Below, in pieces: positions 11,156-22,891 of a stretch of 64,000 nt of DNA. How positions within the stretch are numbered: position 1 is the stretch's first letter; the number at the start of each line of letters is the position of its first letter. The translations under genes and the position numbers were made by a program. This DNA is from Octopus vulgaris. Its lineage: Eukaryota. The notes beneath the pieces are model-generated. The model ran no database searches. It had not been told where the DNA came from and saw nothing but the letters and a program-made list of their open reading frames with translations. The stretch lies in assembly GCA_951406725.2 (NCBI GenBank), contig OX597829.1, forward strand, positions 48,546,001-48,610,000, in the 5' to 3' direction.

Positions 11156-14039
11156 GGGCAAATCGAAGTGAAGTTGATAACCCCGTCAACGATGCTATCT
11201 CTGATGCCCTTTATTCTGCTTGTTCCCCAACTCCCGCCCCTCAGACTTCACAGCTCAGCATCGTCTACACCAACTCGTGCTCCTTATTCCCAAAGTTCAG
11301 TGAACTATTTACACTGGCCATACGTGACTCCCCTGATGTGATAGCTATCACCGAGACTTGGCTGAATCCAGCAGTAAAGGACTCAGAAATCCACCTGCAT
11401 GGCTACGTCCTTTTCAGATGTGACAGAGGAAAAGGCGAGGTGGAGGTGTTGCTGTGTATGTTAAGTCTGAGCACAAACCGTCCTGCGGTATTCTACCCAC
11501 AAATGCTCAACCTACAACAAAATTCGATGCCGTCTATTGCAAGCTGAGCCTATCTGAGTTTTGCCTGCCCGTGTTGGCTGTCTACAGGCTGCCTCTAGCC
11601 GACCCCCAGGATGATGCTCATCTACTCGAAGCGATAAGATTCGTTTCAGCTTTGCATGACTGCTTGGTACTAGGCGACTTCAACGCTCCTGCGATCGATT
11701 GGCCCGCATCAATTTGTACAACATCTACCCGGTTCGGCCAGGCCCTTCTTGACGTGGCTGAAGATTGTTTTCTATCGCAACATGTTGAATATCCGACAAG
11801 GCATCGGTCTGGGCAGCAGCCATCTATGCTAGATCTGGTATTCTCCCGCTATCCAAGATCAGTGTCAGACGTATCTGTGTGCGCCCCTCTTGCCAAGAGT
11901 GATCATGCGGTCCTGAAGTTCGTCATGCACACAACTTTTTCCACGCCCACGATTACTTCGCTGCCACGTAGAGTCTTCTCTGCAATTAATCTTGAAATTC
12001 TAACTGAGGCTTCCGTGCTTCTGGACTGGCGATCCCTGATGACGTTGTCCTCAGTTGACAAACTATGGTCATCCCTCAAAGCATATGTAATCTGTTTGAC
12101 TGACCAGGCAGTTCCCGTTGGGTTTCCCAAGAGGAAGAAACACAAGCCCTGGGTGACGAAGAAGGTTAAACGAGAACGTCGACTCAGAGATATTGCTTGG
12201 GCTGAATTCAAAAATCTGGATTCGACTGCAGCTTTTGAGGTGTACAAAACTCAACGAGACCGAGCCGTGAAAATTGAAAAGAAAGAACGCTTCAGTTATG
12301 AATACAAAATCGCGGCAAATGCCAGTAGCAATCCAAAAACCTTCTTTGCCCATGTCCAGCGGAATTCCCGCTTGAACAACCAGATTGCAACGTTGGTAGA
12401 CTCAACAGGCGTATCGATTGAGGACCCTTATCAACAGAGTCAATTATTTGCCGAGGCTTTTTCAACTATTTTCAAACAAGATGATGGTCGTGAACCCCCT
12501 CCATTTGATAGATCGGTACCTCCAATGCTTCGATTGATCATCACGCGGGACCAAGTCAAACGTGTTATTCAAGGCCTCGATGTCAACAAGGGTCACGGCC
12601 CTGACGGCATACACCCACGGGTTATCAAAGCGTTGGCTCCGGTCATCTGCGAGCCCTTAACACGACTATTCAATATGTCATTGGCGACAGGTGTTATACC
12701 TGCAGACTGGAGAACAACGATAATCTGCCCAATTTTCAAGAAAGGGAGCCGCGAAGACCCGCTTAACTACCGACCGGTTTCCCTTACATCAATAATCAGC
12801 AAGATGTTCGAAACCATCCTTAAGAAAAGTATGATGCTCCACCTCCTAAACACAGCCTCGATCACTGATTCCCAACACGGCTTCGTGCCGAAGAGATCAT
12901 GCTTGACCAACTTACTAGTAATGGAAGAATTGGTGACGCGCATCTTCGATGATAGTGATGCTGTTGACATCGTTTTATTGGACTTTGCCAAAGCTTTTGA
13001 CTCGGTAAACCACCGCCTACTACTTGTCAAGCTTCAAGCATATAGTTTCCATCCGGATATTGTACGATGGGTTGGTGCCTTCCTCTCAGATCGCTCCTTC
13101 CAAGTTCAAGTTAATGGTTCGCGGTCCGACGTCTCCAGTGCGAGCAGTGGCGTGCCTCAAGGTTCAGTGCTTGGGCCCTTGTTGTTCTTAGTCTTCATAA
13201 ATGACTTGCCCGACGACCTCACGCAACACACCCTTCTATTTGCCGACGATATCAAACTGGTCGCTCCTCGCGGTAGTATAGAGGATCTTCGTCGATGCCT
13301 CCACCAAATTTGGAAGTGGTCTAACGATTGGGACCTGTGTCTGAACGTGTCAAAGTGCTGTCATCTGCCTGTCGGCTCTACTCCTGCAACTCAACTTGAT
13401 TTCGAGCCGGGTCGTCTGCTGCTGGAGAGGACCGATCAGGTAAAGGACCTGGGTATCTTGGTGGATTCCTCCTTTTCGCCTTCGGCCCAGTGCGTCCATG
13501 CTGCCAACAAAGCGCGCGGAATTCTGTTTTTGATTCGACGGTCATTCGGAATGCTCACAGCAGCCATATTCCTACCACTCTATGTCACGCTGGTGAGACC
13601 CATATTGGAGTATGGGATTCAAGCCTCTTCTCCTTATCTCCTCAAAGACATACAGCATCTCGAAAGAGTCCAGAGGCTGGCTACCCGCATGGTTCATGGT
13701 CTCAAAAATTTGTCCTACGAAGAAAGGCTGAGGACGCTTGACCTTTATTCTCTTGAAAAACGCCGCCGCCGTGGTGATCTCATTCTCGCCCACAACATCA
13801 TAAGCGGGAAGTGTAACCTTTCGAAAGAGCTGTTCTTCACTCCTGCTCCGGAGCGTCAGCTGCGGGGTCATTCCGAAAAGCTCTACCTGCGACGATTTCA
13901 TCTCAATCAAAGGAGAGGAGCTTTCTCCGTCCGGGTTGCGGTTCCGTGGAACAAGCTGCCAGACGAGATGGTGAAGATGCCGACGACCGCTTTGTTCAAA
14001 GCCTCCCTGGACCTCAGGTGGCCTGAACTCTTTACATGA
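11152..14039 (+). CDS. LINE ORF2: AP endonuclease plus reverse transcriptase, with a single frameshift at about 11430-11433
   Basis: EN motifs YTN, IAITETWL, GDFN, LDLV and SDH. RT motifs GPDGIHP, NYRPVSLTS, QHGF, DFAKAFDSV, GVPQGSVLGPLLF, FADD and KDLG. Adding one A to the run at 11430-11433 joins ORFs 11152 and 11454 and restores DRGKRRGGGVAVYVK. Confidence 0.93.
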
Positions 14040-14299
14040 ACACCACCCTGTACTTAACTCCATGTCCCCCTACATGGCCTTGCTTTTTGCTTTTGAGCCA
14101 AATTAACTAACTAACTAACTAACTAACTTCCCTCTCCACCCTCAACTTCCTTTTCAAGTGAAACTTGAAAAAAGTTGATGAGGGTTTGGCCAAAGAGGAA
14201 AGTGTCTGTCTTTAGCCATTTCAAACGGGTCCACCATACTACCTCTTTTGCTACAGCCACCAGACAAATAAGAATTTTCTGCCCCTCTCAGCCATATTA

Positions 14300-14778
14300 T
14301 GTCTTGGTATAAAAGATGGGCTACATCAAATATTCTGCTCAATACAACAGATTTGTTTGTCAGTTGTTTGGCCTTAACCAGTTGAGCATGTCCCTTAGTG
14401 GCTGATGATATGTGCATCTCTGATCACGAGCAGAAGAAGTGGGGGAGCATCATAGCCGTGTGTTGAGAGGAATTCTTTGGGGTTTGGATAATTTACCTTT
14501 GGAAACATGGGTGTTTCATTCAACATCCTTAAACAACCCTTATTCAGGGAGCTTTTGACTGGGATGGGCTACTCGACTTGAAAAAAATTCTAACTGAATC
14601 CCACCTGCAAGGTCATGTGCTGTTTATCTTGACATGTGATCACCATGTCGCACACATATTGTTGTGATGCATGTGCCTGATGTACCCTCGTCAGATGGGT
14701 AGTCATGATGGGTATACTGGGCTTTGTATATTTGTACCCCAGTGTCACTTTGATGGCACGCACTGTTCTCACACTCTG

Positions 14779-14836
<58 letters not shown>
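14300..14836 (+). mobile_element. Non-coding retroposon-like repeat 'A' ending in (AAT)n
   Basis: Reverse-complement copies at 57550-58150 and 59200-59745; ends in an (AAT)n run. Confidence 0.7.
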
Positions 14837-14838
<2 letters not shown>

Positions 14839-15786
14839 AAGAAGAAGAGGGAGAAGGAGGAGGAGGAGGAAAAGAAGAAGAAGGAGGAGGAAGAGGAAAA
14901 GAAGAAGAATATTTGCTCATTACTAGATTCCACCCACATTAATTTATTTCACATGTTTCTCAAAGCTAGGCTGTCAACTAACTGGTTTGGTTCAGCTTAG
15001 ATTTATTGAGAAATTATTGATTTGTCCCCAAAGCATGACGCTATTTAAAATATTTCCTGCTTTCCGTTTTCTTTGCTTAAGAATTAAAAGGTGATTTGTT
15101 TGGCTTCTTTTTTTCTTTTTTTCCCCCTCTTTTTTCCTCTTCTATCTCTTCTGTCATCATTGTCAGTAATGTGGGTGCCAAAGCCGTCACCATTGCCACC
15201 AGTACCATTAATATCATCAACAGAAGCCACCGAAGGGTAAAACCTCTTCAGTATGTTAGAAATGGCAGCTAAATCTTCATCAAGCTGTGTTCATATGCCT
15301 TAAAAAGATGTATCGTAAAAGACGTACCTAGGTGCAGGAGTGGCTGTGTGGTAAGTAGCTTGCCTCCCAACCACATGGTTCCAGGTTCAGACCCACTGTG
15401 TGGCACCTTTGGCACGCGTCTCCTACTATAGCCTCAGGCTGACCAAAGCCTTGTGAGTGGATTTGGTAGACAGAAACTGAAAGAAGCCCATTGTATGTGT
15501 GTGTAAGAAGCTTGCTTTCCAACCACATGGTTCCGGGTTCAGTCCCGGATTATAGTGCAGAATAGAATATGTGTGGACATGTATCTCCATATGTGTCCTT
15601 GTGTAAAGTAAAGTGTGTGTGTATATATGATCATGTGTTTCAGTCTTCATTTGTGTATGTGTGCTTGTCCGTTCATATAACCTATGTACCTATCTGTCTG
15701 TCTGTTGATCTGTTTACTTTCATATCCATATGCTTACATACATGTGCATATGCATATATATATTTACATACACACCTCCCCCCCCC

Positions 15787-15832
<46 letters not shown>

Positions 15833-16871
15833 ATCACGTGACCGACCAGACCGTCAGATGTTGTTACACATCGCTGGTCACAATGCGTTCGCATTTGTTT
15901 TAGCCTTCAAATGACACCACCCCGCTGGCTAAGCGACAGGCCAATATATATATATATATATATATATATACGACGGGCTTCTTTCAGTTTCCATCTACCA
16001 GATCCACTCACAAGGTTTTGGTCAGCACATGGCTATAGTAGAAGACACTTGCCCAAGGTGCCATGCAGTTTAAAAATTTTTAAGTTACCTAGAAATTATG
16101 TTAAAAACTGCCGTTCAAACCGAAAAGATCGAAGCAGACGAGGTATCGTTGAAGGGAGTGGCAAAGTGAAAGAGAGATAGGACGGACAGACAGGGAATGA
16201 GACAGAAAGAGAGACAGTGACAGAGAGGGAGAGAGAGTGATTGGTGACTGAAAGGAAGGTGTCGTTCGTTTCCTGATTTTTAAATGTTTGTCAGTATTTT
16301 CAGAGTTATACACATACGTACATCCATCGAAAGAAAACTAGACACATAGATACATTAAACACATTGTTACATCGAAGACAATACTTACGATGGGTGAGAG
16401 GCAAGGAGACATAGAGGAGTGAGAGGGGAGGAAGAGGAAGACAGTGTGAGAGAGAGAGGGAGGGGAGCCAGAGAGTTAGAGAGATACATTGAGTAAAGGA
16501 AGGGTGTGGATAGAGAATAATAGTGTAAGAGAATGAAACCGTTCTCATATCTTCATAGACAAAACGCTGCAAAACTTTTCCTTTTTTTATGGTAGAGAAA
16601 AAGCAGATGAAAATATGGAAATTGCGAAAAGAAATGTTGTCTATATATCTATCTATCTACTTGTCTGTCTGACTGATCTATTTACAGATACACTTACATT
16701 TTTTATATTTTTCGTGAAGTTTTCACGGGTCCAGATAGTAAATTATCATTATAAATTTTTGTACATGTTTGCACTAATATACATTATACAGTATGATTGT
16801 ATATTTACAAATGAATGCTGGCTGATGCCAATGTCATGTAACTAGCACCTGAGCCAGCATGTAAAAAGCAC

Positions 16872-17691
16872 GGATCTTTTCCTTTTGAACGGCACATGTC
16901 AACAGAATTTCTAGTTAACTAAACACTTTTAAACTTCGTATACTGGTAGAATGTGTTTATAAAACATCATTTTTCTTGGCTTTATTGAGAAAATTTTATA
17001 GTTTGTAAGATATTTCCACTTTAAAATCGAGCATTTCGGCCATTTTAGCCAATCACTGACCTCCATTTAGGTAAGCAACATTCCGTGCTGTATGAATATG
17101 TCCCACCTTTAAGAAACAGATTGGGTTTATTTACATTTGTGAAGAAAAAAAGATACCCTTCCCCCACCCCTCACCCTAACTCTAACTAACCCTAACCCTA
17201 AAACAGATTGAAATGCAATAGATCGATACTAGGGTCATAATTATGGGTGACAATTTCATTTGACACCGCTAGAAAAAAATCCCATTTTCCGTAGCGGTGT
17301 CGTATGAAATTGTCACCCATAATTATAACCCTAGTATCGATCTATTGCATTTCAATCTGTTTTAGGGTTAGGGTTAGTTAGAGTTAGGGTGAGGGGTGGG
17401 GGAAGGGTATCTTTTTTCTTCACAAATGTAAATAAACCCAATCTGTTTCTTAAAGGTGGGACATATTCATACAGCACGGAATGTTGCTTACCTAAATGGA
17501 GGTCAGCGATTGGTTAAAATTGCCGAAATGCTCGATTTTAAAGTGGAAATATCTTACAAACTATAAAATTTTCTCAATAAAGCCAAGAAAAAATGATGTT
17601 TTATAAACACATTCTACCAGTATACGAAGTTTAAAAGTGTTTAGTTAACTAGAAATTGTGTTGACATCTGCCGTTCAAAAGGAAAAGATCC
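16872..17691. mobile_element. 820-bp foldback DNA transposon, 400-bp TIRs, 8-bp TSD AAAAGCAC
   Basis: Arms 16872-17271 and 17292-17691 are nearly perfectly complementary with a 20-bp spacer. Termini GGATCTTTTCC...GGAAAAGATCC. AAAAGCAC occurs at 16864-16871 and 17692-17699. Confidence 0.95.
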
Positions 17692-18710
17692 AAAAGCACA
17701 CTTCAAACTTTGGGCCCCTCAGAGGCAGTGACAAGTGACTGAGACCTTTTGCAATATACCAAGCTTGAGGAGACCTGTCAAGCCAAGTAAGATTGTAGTC
17801 ATGGCCCTGATGCTGGTGTTTCATAACTGGCACCTGTGCTGGTGGCACATAAAAATCATTCACTACATTCTTGGAGTGGTTGGCGTTAGGAAGGGCATCC
17901 AGTGGTAGAAACCTTGCCAAATCAGATTGGAACCTGGTGCAGCTCCCCCGGCTTACCAGTTTTCAGTCAAACCGTCCAACCCATGCCAGCATGGAAAATA
18001 GATGTTAAATGATGATGATGAGGAGGAGGAGGATGATGATGAATGCAGATAAAGAAACCTAGCTCATCAGATCACCAGAACATCATGGTTACGTCAATGC
18101 TTCAAGTCAACTCTCTTCTAAATATTCTGTCTACTAAATTTCGCTTATAAGACAATTATCGAAATTGAGCCTATTTTACAAAAGGCAAATGCTGTCTAAC
18201 AATGGAATCAGGCCCCATGCCATGAATTGAAATCTGGACTTCACTGCTCAGCAACGTCGGTATATGTAATCTCTTTTCTTGTTTTCCTCTGGTGACAAAG
18301 ACTTCATTCATAATAGATGATGTAATGAATCCAATCCTATTACTAACATGATATTTGCTAAGAAGATTTGCCCAAGATAAGTAAGAAGTTTTGATGTAAT
18401 AGAAGTGAAAATGACTTACAAAAGGATTATTTTTGTTTTATTGTTCAACAGAATTAAAAACTAATGGAAGTGTGGTAAGAATCCAAAAGACGAAAATCTT
18501 TGGTTAATCTTTGTAGTTATGAGGTTTGTTTCACTGCCATGTTTTCCTAATTCATGTTTACTCCTGTTGTCTGGCTTCAAGGCTTACTTTGTAGCCATAT
18601 AAGAGTTTAGGATTCAGTTCTACTGCAGGGTATCCTGGGCGAGTGTCTTCCAGCGAAACTTTGTAGTCCCAGAAAGACACCTCCTCCTGCTGGCTATTGA
18701 CACACTTTCT

Positions 18711-19122
18711 TATTTCTTTACTGCCCACAAGGGACTAAACACAGAGGGGACAAACAAGGACAAACGGATTTGGTCGATTATATCAACCCCAGTGCGTAAC
18801 TGGTACTTAATTTATTGACCCCGAAAGGATGAAAGACAAAGTTGACCTTGGTGGAATTTGAACTCAGAACGTAACAGCAGACGAAATACCTATTTCTTTA
18901 CTACCCACAAGGGGATAAACACAGAGAGGACAAAGAAGGACTGACAAACGGATTAAGTCGATTATATCAACCCCAGTGCGTAACTGGTACTTAATTTATT
19001 GACTCCGAAAGGATGAGAGGCAAAGTTGACCTCGGTGGAATTTGAACTCAGAATGTAACGGCAGATGAAATACCGCTAAGCAATTCGCCTGGCGTGCTAA
19101 CGTTTCTGTTAGCTTGCCGTCT
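18711..19122 (-). mobile_element. Dimeric tRNA-derived CORE-like SINE
   Basis: Two tandem bodies (GGGTTGATATAATCGAC...GTTCAAATTCC). 16-bp TSD TATTGACACACTTTCT at 18695-18710 and 19123-19138. Confidence 0.85.
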
Positions 19123-19258
19123 TATTGACACACTTTCTGTGCCCTATCAGTATTTGCAAAGGGAAGTCATCCTTCCTGAGACCTTTCTAGACAAGGGTTT
19201 TTGCAACCCTCCCCATTATAATTGTGATTTATTCATAATTATACACACCTTTTATATA

Positions 19259-19304
<46 letters not shown>

Positions 19305-19354
19305 GTCCTACCTTTGCTAGCATAGAAGACGGACATTAAATGATGATGATGATG

Positions 19355-19385
<31 letters not shown>

Positions 19386-20031
19386 CAATTAATAGTAACA
19401 GAAGGTAGGTGATATAATGTTCTTCAATTTTATGTTTATTAGCTAGAATTTTGAAAACAAATCTTAATCTGTATGCACCATGGCAAACCATTTAAAGTGT
19501 ACTAGAATCTCAGTGTGTTTGTGTCAGGATCGACATTTCTGTGAGTTTTGAGATCACTTTAAAATGCCAGAAATTGAAAATCAAAGCTAAGCTGTTGAAT
19601 AGTTTAAGAAGGATTGGTATCGCTTTTGGAAAAGATAATCGGTATGTAGACTGCTTAGCACTTTGTCTTTTTGTGTTTAATGAAAAATTGGTCACTTCTA
19701 AGGGATAATATGGTTAATCCTATTAATGATGCAATATTTGCAAAGAAGATTTGTCCAAGATAAATAAGAAGTTTAGAGAGGTTCATAGATATGACAATGA
19801 ATTGATACAGGATTATTGTTCAACTAGTTTTCAGTAACATAATGCCTCTGTCCATAATCGTAAATCAATGAAATGTGCTAAGATTCCAAAAGACTTTGAG
19901 TATAATAATGGTCAGCATATTCACCAGTTCTCAACTCAATCTAAAATCATTGGTCAGATTTATTTGTATCTCCTACAAGCATCATCACCATCATCCAGTC
20001 AGATGACATATCGCAGACCAATGCAATACCT

Positions 20032-20447
20032 ATTTCTTTATTGCCCACAAGGGGCTAAACACAGAGAGGACAAACAGGGACAGGCAAATGGATTAAGTCG
20101 ATTATATCAACCCCAGTGCGTAACTGGTACTTAATTTATCGACCCCGAAAGGATGAAAGGCAAAGCCGACCTCGGCGGAATTTGAACTCAGAACGTAACG
20201 GCAGACGAAATACTTATTTCTTTACTACCCACAAGGGGCTAAACACAGAGAGGACAAACAGGGACAGACAAACTGATTAAGTTGATTACATCGATCCCCA
20301 ATGCGTAACTGGTACTTAATTTATCGACCCCGAAAGGATGAAAGGCAAAGTCGACCTCGGTGGAATTTGAACTCAGAACGTAACGGCAGACGAAATACGG
20401 CTACGCATTTCACCCGGTGTGCTAACGATTCTGCCGGCTTGCCGCCT
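20032..20447 (-). mobile_element. Dimeric tRNA-derived CORE-like SINE
   Basis: Same dimer structure. TSD TGCAATACCT at 20022-20031 and 20448-20457. Confidence 0.85.
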
Positions 20448-20580
20448 TGCAATACCTCCATGCGAAATGTCCTGATTGAGTGATGTGGCAACAAAGTTTG
20501 GTCTGAGTTTCTGTCACATTGGTCTTTCATTTGCTGAAAGACCAATGTGACAATTGCACTTTCACTGTGCATGCTGTGAC

Positions 20581-21735
20581 TACAGATGAAAACAATAGTT
20601 GGCTAAGTGAACTGGTTGATCCTGGCTATTGACAATCTCTTGTCCGTTCATCTGCTCAGCCTTTAGTAATATTCACCATTGACTTGAACATCTGGCTTGG
20701 GTTTTAGTGATATCAGACATTTTGCTAATTAAAATATCTCTTTTCTGCATGCCATGACTACAGATGATAGCAATAGTTCAATAATTAAACTGGTTGATCC
20801 TGACCATTGACAATCTCTTGTCCATTCATCCACTCAACATCTAGTGATATTCACCATTGACTTGAACATCTGAATTGGTTTTTAGTTACACTGGCCATTT
20901 GCTATGATTACAGATGATAGCAGTAATTCAGTAATTGAATTGGTTGATCCTGGCTTTTGTTAGTTTGTTGTCTGTTCATCTTCTCAGCCTTTAGTAATAT
21001 TCACCATTGACTTGAACATCTGACTCAGGTTTCATTGATCTTTCGCTAGCTGAAATATCTCATCGGCACATGTTACAATTATAGTTGCTAGCATTAGTTC
21101 ACTAACTGAACTGGTTGATCTTGGCCATTGACTATTTCTTGTCTGTTCATCCACTCAGCATCTAATGATATTCCCCATTGACTTGGGTTTTAGTTACACT
21201 GGTCATTTGCTATGATTACAGATGATAGCAGTAATTCAGTAATTGAATTGGTTGATCCTGGCTCTTGTTAGTTTGTTGTCAGTTCATCATCTCAACATTT
21301 AGTAATATTCACCATTGACTCGAACATCTGGCTTGGGTTTCAGTGACATCAGATATTTGCTAATTGAAATATCTCTTTTCTGCATGCCTTGACCACAGAT
21401 GATAGCAATAGTTCAATAATTAAACTGGTTGATCCTGATCATTAACAGTTTGTTGTCTCATCATCTACTCAGCATCTGGTGATATTCAGCATTGGCTCAA
21501 ACATCTGACTTGGGTTTTAGTTACACTGATCATTTGCTAGCTGAAATATCTCATCTCTGCATTCCATGATTACAGACAATAGATATAGTTCACTAACTGA
21601 ACTGGTTGATACTAGCCATTGACAATTTGTTGTCTGTTCATCTGCTCAGCATCTGGTGATATTTGCCATTGCTTCGCTAAAATTTATTTTACTGAGATAG
21701 TTCACCTTTTACCATATTGCATCCCATGATTTCAA
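20581..21735. repeat. Diverged tandem array of about 7 units (about 177 bp, with 150- and 137-bp deletion variants)
   Basis: Recurrent TACAGATGATAGC...ACTGGTTGATCCTG...TTCACCATTGACTTGAACATCTG, with unit starts near 20581, 20759, 20909, 21080, 21217, 21394 and 21571. Confidence 0.85.
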
Positions 21736-22766
21736 CATACTCTGACTCTAGTGATTACACACTATTTAACAGTGGAGGCATGCGACTTAGTGGTTAGGGT
21801 GTTGGACACATGGTTGTAAGATTGTGGTTTTGATTCCTGGACCCGGCGACACATTGTGTTCTTGAGCAAGACACTTCATTTCACATTTCTCTAAGTGATT
21901 TATACATGGCACCAGCACACGTGAGGTCAGTTCTGATAGGATTTTTACAGCTGGATACCATTCCAAATGCCAACCACTTCACAATGTGGACTGGATGCTT
22001 TTTTACATGGCACCAGCACTGACAGGGTCACCAAGTAACTTGCAAGAGAAGGAATTGTGAGAGGGGTCAGGGCATTGGAGGAGGTGATCTTGTGTCAGAT
22101 GATAAAAGGTTAGAGTATGATAGAGAGGCAGGAAGGCAGAAATAGGTGTCTTGCTATAGAGGAGGTACATAGTTACTTGGCCAAGAGAAAGAGAAGGAGG
22201 AGGATAGAGAAGAAAGAGAGAGTGAGAGAGGGAGTAAGAGAGAGAAAGGTAACAAGAATGAGGATAGAAACAAGTGTACTGCTGTAAAGGAGAGGTTTGG
22301 TAATTTAGCTAAGGGGAAGAGCAAGAGAGAGAAAGAGAGAGAGAGAGTGATCAAAAATGAGATAGAAACAGGTGTGCTGCTGTAGAGGAGATACATGGTT
22401 ACCCAGTCAGAGGGAAGAGAGAGAGAGGGGGGAGAAGGAGGGAGAGAAAAGAGAGAGAGAGAGAGAGTAAGAGAGAGAAAGGTAACAAGAAAGCGAACAG
22501 AAACAGGTGTGCTCCTGTAAAGGAGAGGCTTGGTAATTTAGCTAAGGGGAAGAGCAAGAGAGAGAAAGAGATAGAGAATGAGGATAGAAACAGGTGTGCT
22601 TATGTAAAGGAGATACATGGTTACCCAGTCAGAGGGAAGAGCAAGGAAAGAGAGAGAGAGAGGGAGAGAGAGAGAGAGTGGGTGACAGTAAGAGTGCAAG
22701 AGAGAACATGGGAGTGATAATGGTTAAAGTAGATGGAAAATCGGTTACACATCTAATTTTACATAC

Positions 22767-22891
22767 AATATTCATAGTTCCGTTCTTGGTTTCCACACAA
22801 GTCGCACACTGTTTTTATCAATACTTCTTAATAATATGTTTGGATGGAATTTCTGCCAAAACATTCGGAACTAAACATTATATTCCCCACC
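22767..22891 (-). other. Candidate second exon (5' UTR plus ATG AAT ATT) of an unidentified minus-strand gene
   Basis: Unique sequence bounded on the minus strand by TTTTATTTGATATATTACAG| and |GTATGT, ending ...GGAACTATGAATATT. No homology recognised. Confidence 0.25.

Larger units (their letters stand above)
10602..14128 (+). mobile_element. Near-intact, 5'-truncated CR1/L2-group LINE with (AACT)n tail
   Basis: ORF1 remnant plus APE-RT ORF2, a short 3' UTR and an AACT repeat tail at 14105-14128. Boundaries are defined by the split Tx1-like host. Markedly more GC/CpG-rich than the flanks. Confidence 0.95.
10266..14290 (-). mobile_element. Tx1/L1-like LINE 3' fragment split by the CR1-group insertion (10266-10601 and 14129-14290)
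   Basis: Both halves match the reverse complement of the contiguous copy at 58440-58935, where the empty site reads CAAGGCAACAC|TTCCC. Confidence 0.75.

Noticed and set aside
17165-17400. Interstitial telomere or chromosome fusion site (CCCTAA facing TTAGGG)
   Set aside because: A few degenerate units lie inside the TIRs of a TSD-flanked transposon, so the symmetry comes from the element.
20581-21735. Repeat-protein coding exon or CRISPR array
   Set aside because: Stops occur in the frames examined, unit lengths are not consistently multiples of 3, and there is no repeat-spacer structure.
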